DNA of 64,000 bases from Guillardia theta CCMP2712 (GCF_000315625.1 NW_005434648.1:186001-250000), one strand, 5' to 3'. Shown: positions 41,578 through 58,971, counted from the first letter of the stretch. The notes: a model not told the origin generated them from the sequence alone. Numbers and translations are program-made.

Positions 41578-42578
41578 ATGCGCGCGGCTCTTCCATGCCT
41601 TCTCATGGCGCTCGCGCTCCTCGCTCACTGCGCTGAGGCCGCTCCATGCAGCTCCTCAGATGTCAGCATAGTGCAGGTACCCTCCTCTGATCCTCCGACC
41701 TTGTCTCAATGCCTCTCCCCTTCCGTGTCGAGTTTCCCGGCCATGCCGATTGAGTTCCCCCGGCCACACTGGGAGCACTGGATGGTTATGTCTGAGGGTG
41801 GTACCTGGCAGGACTCGGCATACACTGACATGGCGACCACTTTTATCCCAACCCGCGCGGGAGTGGAAGAGGACAAGACCGCTGTAATTGACCTAATCTT
41901 GACGAGGATCCTAGTCAGAGGATGCTGACGTCAGGAATTTTCCAGGTGTTCATCACCAACTTCAGGTTGTTTTGCAAGTCTGAGCAAGTCAAGGATGTGA
42001 ATGTGAAGGCCTCTGTGTCCTTCCGCTCCGGCTCGGGATCCTACACCGTCCAGGTTGGAAGATCTGTGTTGCCAGTTAGAATTTCGTCTTATGGGTGAGA
42101 CAGCCCAAGCTGTCCAACGTTGCTGTTCTCAAGGACGAGTCTGGATCTTATCAGGTGAGTCGGAATATCCTCCTCCCCTCACGATCTCAGAGGGTTCTGA
42201 ATGAGCTGCTACCATGAAAGGTCTCCTTCACCATCCCTGAGAGGAGCATGCAGTCTGGGGAGTACAAGGTTCTTGCCTCGCAGCAAAGGGAGCAAACATG
42301 ACGTGCATGCTTCAGGTTGATGTTTTCTTCGTCGGAGAATCATCCCCGGCCGCTTCCATCTCTCTCTTTCACAGGTTTCGCTGGCCACCCCATGGGCAAA
42401 CACATAGTGACATGTTTGTTTGGAATTCAGCGTGCCAATCATCTCGGGAAGACACATGGAGTTCTTGGCCACCATTGTTCTGTTCTTCCAGGCTTATTAC
42501 GTGACATTTCACTTGCACTCTCTTGCATGTGCTCACTTAATGCCACAGATCTCTGGACAATTCAAGACTTCGCAGTAA
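41578..42578 (+). CDS. SSR4: Translocon-associated protein delta (TRAP-delta/SSR4)-like
   Basis: Signal peptide, then PC..SAYTDMATTF..VFITNFRLFCKS..GSYQVSFTIPERSMQSGEYKVDVF..H..EFLATIVLFFQAYY; mirrors recalled SSR4 motifs YTT.DA..ETVFIVE.SL.CKN, RYQVSW, GTYEV and EVLAA..YY. Confidence 0.7.
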
Positions 42579-43109
42579 ATTCAATGAAACAATTGACCCT
42601 TTTCAAGTAAACTCAAGTTGTATATCGGAGATCAGTCGATGACAAGCTATTCTTCGCTTTCTCTGTCATGTCAAGACATGATGACGAACAAAACATAACA
42701 TAACATGGCCATGCGTTACACGATCATTTTGCTTTCTCTATTGCAGCGATGACTAGCTCCAAGGGCAAAGGAGATGTGGGGAGCGGGGATAACGGCAAGG
42801 AGATCAAGGACGAGGAGAGCAGGGACTCAACAGATCCGCGACGGTTCCTGACGTCGTGAGGGGCCGGAGCCTCGAGCCTCACTCGCCCATCGCCCGCTGG
42901 TCGACCCAGGCGGCTCTCCTCTATTTCATATGAGTGCTGTTCGATTTGGTTCCCGCCTGGACCTACGTCACCATTCCCCCTGCCCTATCGTTGTCTGCGG
43001 ACCCCTGCCGCCTCCTCCTACTGCTCCCCCTCTCCTACCATCTTCCATCAGCTTTCCTTCACCCTGCTCGTCCTGCCCTGATCGCATCCCTTCCATCATC
43101 GCGCTGGAA

Positions 43110-43679
43110 ATGTCTGACAACACAGCGCGAGCTGCCTCGAGGCAGGACGAGGCAGCGGACAGGAAGAAGTCAGCAGAGGAGAAGACAAAGTTCCTGGAGA
43201 AGAGGATCATGATCGACCGGCAGCTCGGGAGGTCCCGCCATGGTTCCTGGCAGTTCCTGCGTCGGAACGCGGATCTAGCGTTCGAGGACTTCGCTGAGAG
43301 GATAGGAACTCCAAGGGACCGTCCCGCAAGGGATCAAGTCCTACCACTCAGTGCGAGGGGAACAAGATCGACCTTTGAAGATTGGTCTGCATTCCGAGAT
43401 GATGCTTCCTTGCATCCTGCAAGGACGCCCAGGCGCCATGTCGCCCGGTCCTCCTCGTCCCCAGCCAGCTGCACTCCTCGCAACCTGCCATGCACGGAGA
43501 GCTTCAAGTGCATCCCGGACCCCAGGTGGAAGGAGATCTTCAGCCGGTCAGCCAAGGAGTTTGAGAAGGCCGTGCAACTGGAAAAGCTGTATGCACAGAA
43601 GATGTTTGCGTACAAGGGAGAGCAGGTGTCAAGGAAGCGAATCGAACTCAACACGCCCAGGGCTGCCAAGGGGGACTAG
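43110..43679 (+). CDS. Hypothetical basic protein
   Basis: Intronless ORF with coding-like codon usage (MSDNTARAASRQ..RIELNTPRAAKGD); no family recognised, start uncertain. Confidence 0.5.
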   Translation: MSDNTARAASRQDEAADRKKSAEEKTKFLEKRIMIDRQLGRSRHGSWQFLRRNADLAFEDFAERIGTPRDRPARDQVLPLSARGTRSTFEDWSAFRDDASLHPARTPRRHVARSSSSPASCTPRNLPCTESFKCIPDPRWKEIFSRSAKEFEKAVQLEKLYAQKMFAYKGEQVSRKRIELNTPRAAKGD

Positions 43680-43776
43680 CAATGTGTTAGGATACTTCAA
43701 GGGCGAGGCAGGATAGACGGTGAGAGGGTGGAAGGCAGGGAGAGCAAGACATGAAAACATTTTCTTAAAAGTCAAC

Positions 43777-45191
43777 CTATTCGTACAGGTGCATACTGTC
43801 CAACCCCACATCATGGCTTTCGTCGTGCTCGTCGTCAAGAGAGTCGTCGAGGTGCGGGGGCCCGCCATGATGAAAGTCTTCTCCTTCGGGCATGTAGTCG
43901 TCATGGTACATCCCCTCTGGATCGCCGTGGAGATGGTTGTGATGGAAGTATCCCTCGTGAACATCCTGGGCGGTGGAGTCAACAGCTGCGTGGTGGCGCA
44001 GCACAGCAGGGGAGACAAGCACCTCATGCAAGTCACGCAGATGCATCTGGAAGAATTCGTCGAAGGAGACGTGCGAGCTGTTGTCACTGAGAGCAACGGT
44101 CAGGAGCTGACGGCTCAAGGAGCGTTGCCTCACTGATCAAGGTCGGCAAAGATCTCGTCGATCATCTGTTTGGTCTGGAGGATTCATCACTCAACCAGGG
44201 AACAAGCCTCTGCCAGCAAAGGTTCCAGACCTCTTCCGGTGACATATCCTGCTCTGAGCTCTCAGAGTTGTGCTGTGCGACGTGGTTTGTCAACTGGGTA
44301 GAAAAGTCAACATGCACAAGCTCGATCGTTCATGAAAGGAGAACCTCCTCGTACGAGACTTGCCCGTCCTTGTTGGAGTCCATGAGATCGAAGTCCTTCC
44401 GGGCTTCGTCCTTTGCCTCGTTCATCTCCGTCTCTGTGAGGTTTCCGACAAAACTGTGGAAGTCGTGGCCGTCCTCATAGTCTGGCTCCTGCGGGATGTT
44501 GTGGTACATAGCATGCAACCACTCCTCGAAGCTGATCCTGGAGTTGCCGTCTCCATCATCCTCGTGAAACTGCTTCTTCTGCAAGAACGAATGAGACGCT
44601 GACACACAAGGCGCAACGAAAGACCATGGTCTCCATCTGCTGCTTCTCCACTTCCTCCACGTTTCCCACCGAGCTTCCTGTATCATTCCCCGCCCCGGGT
44701 TTTGTCGTCCTCACGTGCGAATCCTTGAACAAGGCCTTTGCATACTCCCGCAGGTCCAACTCGCCGTCCTTGTTCAGGTCTGCCTCGTCAAAGAACCCTT
44801 TCTCCATTTCCCTCCAGTGTTCCTCTTCTTCCTCATCCATGACATGCACGCCCTGCCTCCCGAGCCCATGATCGTCCTCCAACGGGTAGTCTGGTGCTCG
44901 TCCATGGTCCTCTTCATCTAGATCGTGCTCGTACTTGTCTCCCAATATCCCTTCCATGAGCTCGTTGACATCGTCGTTGAATCTTGTTCGGGTGTCAACA
45001 CTACAAGGATAGCACAAGCCTGCATCACCTTCGAGCCGCCGGCGGGAAGGTTTCGGAGTCAACAACTGGAGCGATCGTCAGGTAAAGGAACAGATGTCAT
45101 GTTGTGTCCTTGGATACCGTGCAATAATGCAAACAGCGACGATGCGAGGACCACCCAGTAAAGGGCCCGACTGCATCGTACCCGACACATG
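43777..45191 (-). CDS. Secretory-pathway His/Asp-rich EF-hand protein (CREC/calumenin-like)
   Basis: Signal peptide (ALYWVVLASSLFALLHGIQG); EF loops DLNKDGELDLREY, DGDGNSRISFEEW, DSNKDGQVSYEE, SSHVSFDEF. Confidence 0.75.
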
Positions 45192-45574
45192 CCTGTAGTG
45201 AGCAAAGAGAAAGCATCACTGTCAAGAGAAGAAGATGCACGATTCAAACCACAGAATCAAATTCCTCCTCTGAACCACTAACTCCCTCCAGCTCAATTCG
45301 AATCACTCTCTCTTCCATTCCCGACCTTTCGACTCTTTTCCCTCGCTGGCTAGTTCTTACTCTCCCAGCCTTCACAAAAACTCGCCAAAGTCACGCACTT
45401 CCCTCATCTGGCCTCTCCCCTCGCAGCATCTTTCATCTATCCTATCTCCTCCTGCTCCTCCCTCCCTCCCTCCTCTGCTCGTTCCATTGCCCATCGCTCT
45501 AGTTGAACTGCCATAGTCGCGTCAGAGGAAAAAAGAATTTTTGTTTGTTTTACACAAACTTGGTAGTGACATAT

Positions 45575-46440
45575 TCGTGACTCCGAGGCTCCGTGATCCG
45601 ATCCGATGATGCCGGATTGCGGCCGGGCCGGGGCGGGGCGGGCGCCGCGGGCCCAGTGCGCCCCGCCGCCGCCGGGGCGGCGGCCCGGGGCCGCCGTGAC
45701 TCGTGTTACGAAGCCCGGGCCCCCCGGGGCTGACTCAGACCGATACGGGACTCCCGGACTTCCTGAGTCAACCCAGTGACCTAGCAGTCCGGTTCGAGTC
45801 CCCCACTGGCCCGCCGGACCTCGTCCGTGGCAAGTTACCGGCCCGGCGAGTTCCTTGGACCGTTCGCCGACTGAGTCGTTCACTCAGTGAACTACCGGTT
45901 CGGAAGCCGCTGAGCCGGGCCCGGGCCGCGGCCCGGCCCGGCGTTCTAGTCGCTTCCGAAGTTCAGCCGCCCGATCGGAACTCTTGGAAGTCACAGGCCG
46001 TTAGTGACTGCTTTCCCGGCTCCCCGACCACCCCTCCTTTCCTCTGAACTCCACCCCCATCCTCCCCTTCCTCAGCACCCCTATTTTGATACCCCCCTCT
46101 TTCCCTGCAAACTACCCAGTGCAGGGAAGGGTCCCTATCCTTTAGATGTCTTGCACCCTATGGTTGTGGACCCCACCCCCTGCTGGGATTCTGACCACCC
46201 CTACCATGTCATCACCCCCCGAACTCCCTTTGGACCATCAACAAATTTGTACCACCCTGCCTTTATGACAGGTAGTCGTAACATACCCCCTATTTCAGGC
46301 AAGATTTCCAGCAATTTAATACCCACACATGAATATTCTGACCCACCCCTCATGAGTGTACCCACCACTTCATCATCAGTACCCGTTCCTGCTTCACTTA
46401 TACCCCTTGTACCGCGTACGCCCCCCACTGACCCTCCTCA
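45575..46440. promoter_or_regulatory. Bidirectional promoter region (CREC-like / UGPase): CCGG island plus TACCC flank
   Basis: Roughly 18 CCGG and multiple GACTC/GAGTC in 45575-46025, then a TACCC/GTACC-rich tract up to the ATG. Confidence 0.6.
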
Positions 46441-46449
46441 GTCATCGCA

Positions 46450-49416
46450 ATGCAGGGAGCCGGTGCTGCGTCGCGGTCAGCGATCGTGCTGTCGGCGCTT
46501 CTCATGTCATCCTTGTTGCTCCTTTCTAGTGCTAGCACTCAGCAGTGCTCCTCTCCTCTCCACCTGCGCGGCGGAGGAGTCATGGCGCCCCTGCAGTCCA
46601 TCGCCAAGAGGGTTGGAGGTTTTCTTCGAACCGCTTCCTTCGGGAATCTTGACTCTTCAAACCTGGTAGCTCCAGAGGGCAAGGTCGATCTCTCCTACTC
46701 CGATGTGCAGCGTTTGAGGGGCGGGGTGCAGGTGTATCCTCTTGTTTCCCTTGCATGCTCCTTGCTGCTGCTGCTTTCTCCTTGTTGTCTTTGAGGGATA
46801 CTTGAAATTCTCCACCAAGGATGTTCGTTACACCGCGGTGACTTGAATGTTCTTTTCTTGCAGATCATCTTCGATGATATTAGGAAGCTCATGGAGGAGG
46901 AGAAGCTCTCTGAATCCGCCATCAGGGTACAGCTTCATCGCACCCAACAGGCAAGGATCCTGACGTTAGCACAGGCCTTCCAGCAAGCCTACGAAGCCTT
47001 GGTCCGTGGAGACGACGGCATGATCTCAGAGCGAATGATCTCTCCTGCTCTTGACTTGCCTATGCTTGCCGATATCAAGCAGGTTTTCTCCCTCCGCCAA
47101 GTTGATGATGGTGCTGACGAGACTGTCAGGCCTCGATTCCCGACGACAAAGTCAAGGCTGTAAGAGAGCTTGACGCCTGATGGGCGACGGGCTGACATCT
47201 GGTTCCCAGCTTCTTGGACAGACTGTCATCTTGAAGCTCAACGGTGGTCTGGGAACGGGAATGGGTCTGGAGAAGGTGAGAGGGTTGCATGGCGGGCGGG
47301 GACAGTGTCTGAAAGCGAGGCACAGGCCAAGTCCCTCCTTGAAGTCAAGGGGTCCGAGACCTTCTTGGACTTCATTGCCAAGCAGGTGAGCTTGACAGTC
47401 TGACGAGGATCCTGCTGGTTTGAGAGACTGCAGGTGTTGCACTTCAGGAAGACCAAAGGAGACGTCCGCTCGATGTTCATGAACTCCTTCTCTACCAGGT
47501 CCTCCCGTGACGCCGATGGGAGAGGACTGGGAGCTGACAGCCTTGCTCGCAGCGCCGACACCAAGGATGCTCTCAAGGGACATCCAGAGTTGGTTCAGGG
47601 AGGATGGTGCGCCACGCGAGCTGCTCGCTCTCTGTCCTTGGGATCGCGCGCTTAAATGATGCAAACAGGGAGGTCGTCCAGAACAAGGTCCCCAAGATCG
47701 ATGCCGAGAGCCTGCGCCCAGCCAAGTGGCCAGGTAGAAGGCATGGAGGAGAGGATTGCAGCGAGACTGATGACTGGGCTCAGCAAACCCCACCAAGGAG
47801 TGGTGCCCTCCCGGTCACGGTGATCTCTACCCTTCCCTTGCTGGATCAGGGATGCTCGATTCCCTCCTCAAGGTGAGCGGGGAGGCAGGACAGCAATCCG
47901 AGGTGTTGTGAAGAGGAGAGGCAGGATGGGGTGAAGTACATGTTCGTCTCCAACTCGGACAACTTGGGAGGTACGACTTGTCATGGTTAGCCAGCTGGAA
48001 TATGACGGGAGTGAGCGCAGCCACCCTCGACCTCGAGCTCTTGAACTTCTTCGCTCAGTCCGACAAGTCCTTCTTGATGGAGGTGCTGCTGTGCGAGGGA
48101 GGATGGGCTGTGTCTGAACTTCCACGTTTCAGGTGTGCGAGCGCACGGAAGCTGACAAGAAGGGAGGACACCTTGCCGTGAGGTTTGACGCCTTCGTCCG
48201 ACCTCAGTCCCTCTCCTCACTGCCTCCCTCCCACCTGCAGGAAGCAGGACGGCCGCCTCCTCCTTCGTGAGTCGGCTCAGTGCCCACCAGACGACGAGAA
48301 GGCCTTCCAGGATGTGTCCAAGCACAAGTACTTCAACACCAACAACTTGTGGATCCGCCTGGACAAGCTGAAGGAGGTTCTGAGAGCATACACTTGGTTG
48401 CTGGACTGAGCTGCTGGGAAGGTGTTGGACAAGAACAATGGAGTTGTTCCCCTGCCCATGATCAAGAACGCCAAGACCGTGGATCCCAGCGACTCCAAGT
48501 CAGCTGCTGTCTTCCAGGTTTGAGGAGACGAACCCCTCCCCTTCCCCTTCGCTCTCTCTGACTTCATTCCAGCTGGAAACTGCCATGGGCGCAGCTATCG
48601 AGAGCTTCGACAACTCTGGAGCCATCGTGGTCGACCGATCTCGTTTCGCCCCTGTCAAGACCTGTGCTGATCTCCTGAGGGTGCGGCTGGAGGAGGACGG
48701 CCCCGCTCCTCTCTCATGCTCTTGCTCCATGGCAGGTCCGCTCCGACGCCTACGATGTGACTGAGGACAGCCGCCTAGTGCTCTCGGCCGAGTGCAAGGG
48801 ACAGGTAGGAGACTCCAGCTGGAGGGAGAGCCCAGCTCCTGACCCAGCTGTCAGCCGCCTGTCGTCGATCTCGACAAGAAGGAGTATAAGACGATGAGCG
48901 GGCTCGACAAGATGCTCAGCAAGGTGAAAGGAGCTCCTCCACCACAGCCAGACCTGGCTGCTTCTGACACTCCATGGCAGGGAGACGTCCCCTCCCTGAA
49001 GCACTGCAAGAAGCTCACTGTCAAGGGCAAGGTCTGCCTTCCCCACCTAGAGTGGAGCTGGAGCTGAGCTGGACCCCAGGTTGCGCTCGAGAAGGGCATC
49101 ACCTTCAAGGGCGAAGTCACCATTGTCAACCCGACCGCCGAGTGGCGTATCCTCAAGGTGGGAATCAGCTGGGGTTTGACGCAGCCCTCCGCTCACAGTC
49201 TTTAATGCGCAGGCCGGAGTTTATGAGAACCAGACCGTCGAGCTGGTAGCGTCGCCTCCTCTTCCATCCTCACTGCTCCCTCCCATCTCCTCCATGCTCT
49301 TTCATCCCCCTCCCCCCCTCTTGAAATCCCTGTTTTCTTTCCTGCTACTTTCTCCTTGTCCCGACTCCGATGTTGACGAGCTTGACTGGCAGGGCGAGAA
49401 CAGTGAGAAGTTGTAA
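46450..49416 (+). CDS. UGP: UTP--glucose-1-phosphate uridylyltransferase (UDP-glucose pyrophosphorylase) with bipartite leader, probably periplastid-targeted; last exon approximate
   Basis: [87 protein letters not shown]; many introns of about 50 nt. Confidence 0.95.
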
Positions 49417-49709
49417 GAGCCGGGCCCCTCGAGACCTCGGGAGGTAGGGACAAGCTTGTGGAGTGGAGACGAACTGATCGGTGTGGACAGGCCGACAGGG
49501 CAAACAACTTCAGTTGATCATGTGATGATGAGTGAAGACATACAGAGGTTGAACTGGAAGCTTTGCCTCAGTAAACACCTCCTAGTGATGAAATTGGTTT
49601 CCGACACGATACCAAACTCCTGCTCTTCCTCCCTTCACTTCACTCTCACTGGCTCTCTCTATCCTCACTTAATCCCTCCCATCCATACATGTACACCGAC
49701 ACCTTATTA

Positions 49710-50811
49710 TCACTTCGCCCACGCGTTCAACGCGCTCATGGCGCTTGCAACGTCGCTCCTCTCGCATGCCGGCGTCGACATGTCTACCGGCTCTGAACCA
49801 GATGTCAGCTCACGAGTGCCTGGAGGGAGGAGAAAACAACCGACTGCGAGCGGGAAGGGGCCAAGGAAGAGGAGAGTGTCGAGTAGAGGCGCCTGTCATC
49901 GCATCAAAAAACCCCTTCCTCCCCTCTCTCGTGCTCTCCTCCCCTCTCCCTCCAACCAACCACCTTCCACCCCCTTTCCTGCCTCCTCCCTCCCCTCTCC
50001 CTCTTCACCGTGCCCTCCTCGAACGGATAGTTGACAGCCTTGTACGCAAGCCTCCACTCAGCGAGCGGCTGCAACCCTCCGCTGGTGGGAAACAGCTGCC
50101 ACATCTCCTTCCGCATCGCCACCGTTCCTCTCGCATCCACCACGCTGGTGTCCGTCACGTTCCCTTCGTCCTCACCGTCAGCACTCCGTTCCTCAGGATC
50201 TCAGTCAGCGCACTTGAGATGAGCAGTCGGTATTCCCCGCTGCAGCCGCACTCTTGGCAGCCGTTGAGGTCGAGCGGCTCTGCCTTGGGGAGCTCGAAGT
50301 TGAGCTCGTAGTAACCAACTTGCCCTTCCTTACAGCAACATCCTCAGATTCCTCCCTCTCTTCCTTCAGCTCCTCCTCCTCCCTCCCTTTCCTCCCCCCT
50401 CCCCATCCTTCCTTTCCGCCTCCACCCCCTCCTCCTCCTCCTCACCTTACGCAAAGAAACGAGGGGGCGAACAGCATTGGCATCGCACAGTGTCAAGGCA
50501 GCAGAGTGATTCTTGCGAAAGGCGACGTTGAACGACAGGGCCTCATCCTCCGACGCCTGCGCCCCTTGGCAAAAGAGAGCAAGCCGAGCTGTGCAGCTGA
50601 CGCGATCGGGGAGGCTGCTGAGGGTGAAGGAAGCGCTCCAGGCAGTGAGAACGTCGACGTTGAGGTTGGTGAAGGAGAGGGCAGGATCCATCCGAGGAAG
50701 GGAGACCCGGAGGTCATCGTTCTTGCACTGGGGTACGGAGGAGACGGCAGCGAGGAGCGCACCGGCGCAAAGGGAGATGCGGAGCCAGGCATCCAGTGCT
50801 AACTTGAGCAT
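49710..50811 (-). CDS. Uncharacterised Cys-rich secreted protein
   Basis: Signal-like MLKLALDAWLRISLCAGALLAAVSS; exons GQVGYYELNFELPKAEPLDLNGCQECGC and EWRLAYKAVNYPFEEGT; exon structure only partly resolved. Confidence 0.5.
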
Positions 50812-51074
50812 GGGAGTAGAGGTGTGCTGCCAGGAGAGGTGTGCTGTACTCAACTCATCTGCATCCCCTTCTAGGCCAGAGCAGGAGGGAGTAGAAAGGG
50901 ACAGGGAGGAGGGCTGCCGCTATTCCCACTGTTGCCGCTTCTGCTGCTGGGCTGCTGCTATTCCCACTGCTGCTGGTGCTGGTGCTATTCCCACTGCTGC
51001 TGGTGCTGGTGCTGGGGCGAGTGCTGCTGCTGCTGCTGCTGGTGCTGCTACTGCTACTGCTGCTGCTGCTACCG

Positions 51075-51117
<43 letters not shown>

Positions 51118-51254
51118 GCTGCTGCTGCCGTCGTTCTGCTGCCTCAAAGAGGTCAAGTTGACCTGCCGGTAAAACAGAGTACCCTCATCCCCCCACTTGC
51201 CCTTCCTCAAAACCCTCATCCCACCCTCATCCCTTCACTTACCCTCTCCGGATC

Positions 51255-51398
51255 ACCCTACCCCTGCACCCTACCCTGCACCCTACCCTGCACCCTGCCA
51301 GAGGGGAGCACCCTACCCTGACCATACCCAGCACCCTACCCCTGCACCCTACCCTGCACCCTACCCTGCACCCTACCAGAGGGGAGCACCCTACCCTG
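51255..51398 (+). repeat. Direct duplication (about 77 bp) built from CACCCTACCCTG 12-mers, in a divergent intergenic region
   Basis: Two copies of caccctacccctgcaccctaccctgcaccctaccctgcaccctRccagaggggagcaccctaccctg. Confidence 0.9.
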
Positions 51399-51759
51399 GT
51401 TTCGAAATGTACTTGAGGAACAACGGGTGCGGTAAACCAGGGGTCCTTTCCTATTAGAATTGAAAGAAAAGGGAGGGTGGGTCGTTCGATCGTGCACTCG
51501 CAGTGGGTCGGAACAAATGCAGGGTGTCGTCGCGACGCTGAGCGGGAAGATGGCGGGAGGGATGAGGAGAGTAATGGTATCGAACTGGAGGTCAGGGTAT
51601 CCAGCTATCTCCGCTCTCCTCCCTCCTCTCCCTTCCCTCCGCCATCGTCCCTTTCCTGAATCAGGGCAGTCTTCGTCGCCCCCACTCGCTGGATCCTCTG
51701 AGCCGACGGTCAGGTCGTGCACAGCTAGCGATCAGAGGAGCGCGTCCTTCAAGCTGCTC

Positions 51760-53846
51760 ATGAAGAGAACCGCTGGGACCATGAGCCATGCCCTCGCATC
51801 CAGTGCAGGAGCCTTGAAAGGCCCCCCTGCCCGCTCCTTCTCCTCCCCTGCTGGGAACTTGAAGGCAGTGACTCGCCAGTCGCGGAGGAGGAACGAGAGG
51901 TACGAGTTCAGAAGACTGCGACGACCCCTGCAGAACGTGTACAAGCTCTCACGACCTCTCCGACCCGCCGAGAGGCTTCAAGCTCACAAGCTTGCCAAGA
52001 GATATTTCCCAATGGCGGTTGCGATGCGGCGCCTGGCAGACGATGGTAATGATTCATGAAGCAGGTGAGAGGAAGCATAGCTCGGCTGCTCAAGGGGATC
52101 CTAGACCGCAGGAGTCGCAGATACCTTCATGTCCACCGCCTCAAGATCCCGTGAGCCATGGCAACCTTGACGCCTGTGTGCTAACCACTTGCTCCCTCCC
52201 TAGTTTGCCATCCCTGATCCTTGAGCCGTGGAGAGAGGACAAGGTTTCCAAGTCGCCACAGCCGAGCGACGTGAAGGCTGACGGGAATGAAAATCCCCCT
52301 GTTGTCAAGCCGAAGGCTGTGAAGAAGAGCAAGTTAGCTGTGCAGGCAGACGGGGCTCAGGGGAAGGAGGAGGTGGTAAAAGTAGCGAAATTGCGGAGAA
52401 AGTCGGATGCGCCCATTACCGGCCTCAGTCAGGCAGACTTGGACGCCATCTTGGAGGGCACAGGCATCCCACAAGCAGCTGGCAAAGATGTGAAGCCCAT
52501 CACGATCGAAGACCTCGGTCAGCCCGGAGATATGGTGGATGAAGGAATGCTTCCTCCTCGCAGGGGCAAGAAGAGCGCGAGACAGATGAAGCAGATGTCG
52601 TTCCAAGAAGAAGACGATCTCTTCGACGAGGATGAGGATGGGTCGGATAGGCGTCCTCCTCGGAGGGGAGGCAAGCAGCTCTCGAAACCGAAGAAGATGT
52701 CATTTCATGATGAGGACGATCTGTTCGACGATGACGATTACGAGATCGATGGACGTCCTGCTCGGAGGGTAGAGAAGCAGCAGACCGGGAAGAGAAAAGG
52801 CGGCAGAGCGAGGGAGGACGAGGACATGGACGAAGACGAGGATTGGAAGGAAAGGCGTTCTCCTCGCTCCCCCGGGAAGTATGGGGATGTACGAGAATTG
52901 GATGAGATGGACCACAAGTCCTTCCTGGCCTTGAAGGGCATTAAAGTACCAGGTGAGAGCGATCGAGTGAAGCGGGACGGCAAGCGACGTTCGGACAGTT
53001 CGAGAGTGTTCCGCAAGCCTCTCAAGGATGAGCGATGGGTGACAGACCGGAGCTCCGGCGGGTTCAACAGCAGCGGCGTCGTCAATTTCGTTGCGAGCGC
53101 TTCTACCAAGAGTAAACTTGTGCTTGCAGTCACTTGCCTTGTATGACTTGCACGAACAGTTACGAATCCTGAAACCTCCTGGATGAATCCCGAGCAAGAA
53201 GCGTCTTGGTGGGGAGGGCTGGATCGCGTGTGGATTGTAACTTTTGCGCAGGCTGGGCTATCAGGAGCTTGATGACGAAGATTCGGATCCCGTGGATGCG
53301 CGAGGAGGAAGAAGTTCGATGGGAAAGAGCCAAGAGGGCAACGAGGGCCGGAGGTTTCAATCTCAAAACAGATATGGACGAGACGAAGAATCAAGTGGTG
53401 GATTCGGCAGAGGAGGACGTAGAGGAGAGGGGAGGGGAGGGAGGTTTGAAGGAGGAGGAAGAGGAGAAAGCAGGGGAGAGGGAGGCAGGTGGGGCAGGGA
53501 AAGGTATGAAGATCGGAATGATGGAAGGGATGGGAGGGGAGGAAGGTTTGAAAGAGGAGGGTACGGAGACAGAAGGGGAAGAGGAGGCAGAGGAAGGTAT
53601 GAAGATCGGGAAGATGGCAGAGAAAGGAGGGGATTTGAAAGAGGAGAGGGAAGAGGAGGGTTCGGAGGAAACAGGTTTGCACGACAGGGATCTGGAGAAA
53701 GGAGAGGAGGAAGAGGAAATAGGGACGAAAGAGACGGTAGAGACAGGCGGGAGAGAGGAGGAAGGGAGGAGAGAGGAGGAAGGGAGGAGCGAGGAGGGAG
53801 GTCTGGTTTCCGAGGCAGAAGAGGTGGAGACGGATGGGACGTCTAA
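51760..53846 (+). CDS. Disordered acidic/RGG-rich protein, putative RNA-binding; start and 5' exons uncertain
   Basis: Basic N-terminus (ARSFSS, mitochondrial-presequence-like), MSFxxEDDLFDxD repeated twice, C-terminal RGG/RG-rich exon ending GGDGWDV*. Confidence 0.55.
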
Positions 53847-54126
53847 GCGCGCCAAGGACGAGACGAGGAGGAGGAGGAGGAGGAGAACGAGGGAGGAGGA
53901 GGAGGAGGAGCTGGACTGTGCATGCGAGGAATCAAGTGCAGAGTGGAGAGAGCGCAAGTTCGAGACGAAAATCCAATTTTTTTTTCCCACAACAAAAGTT
54001 TCCATTTTTTTTCCCCCACAACAAAAGACTGAAAGCAAGGTGCCGTTATCCAGGTTTGAATTTGAATCTTGAACTCGTATTTTACACGCCATGCACGCGG
54101 GCAATGGATGGTTCGGCCCTCTCCCT

Positions 54127-58971
<4,845 letters not shown>

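Noticed and set aside
34323-45191. Calcium-signalling gene cluster (several EF-hand genes nearby)
   Set aside because: The proteins are unrelated in type and compartment, and EF-hand genes are abundant, so proximity is likely chance
51255-51398. Possible CRISPR or telomere-like array
   Set aside because: Only two long units with no unique spacers and no cas genes; the unit is CACCCTACCCTG rather than a CCCTAA-type telomere repeat, and the site is internal
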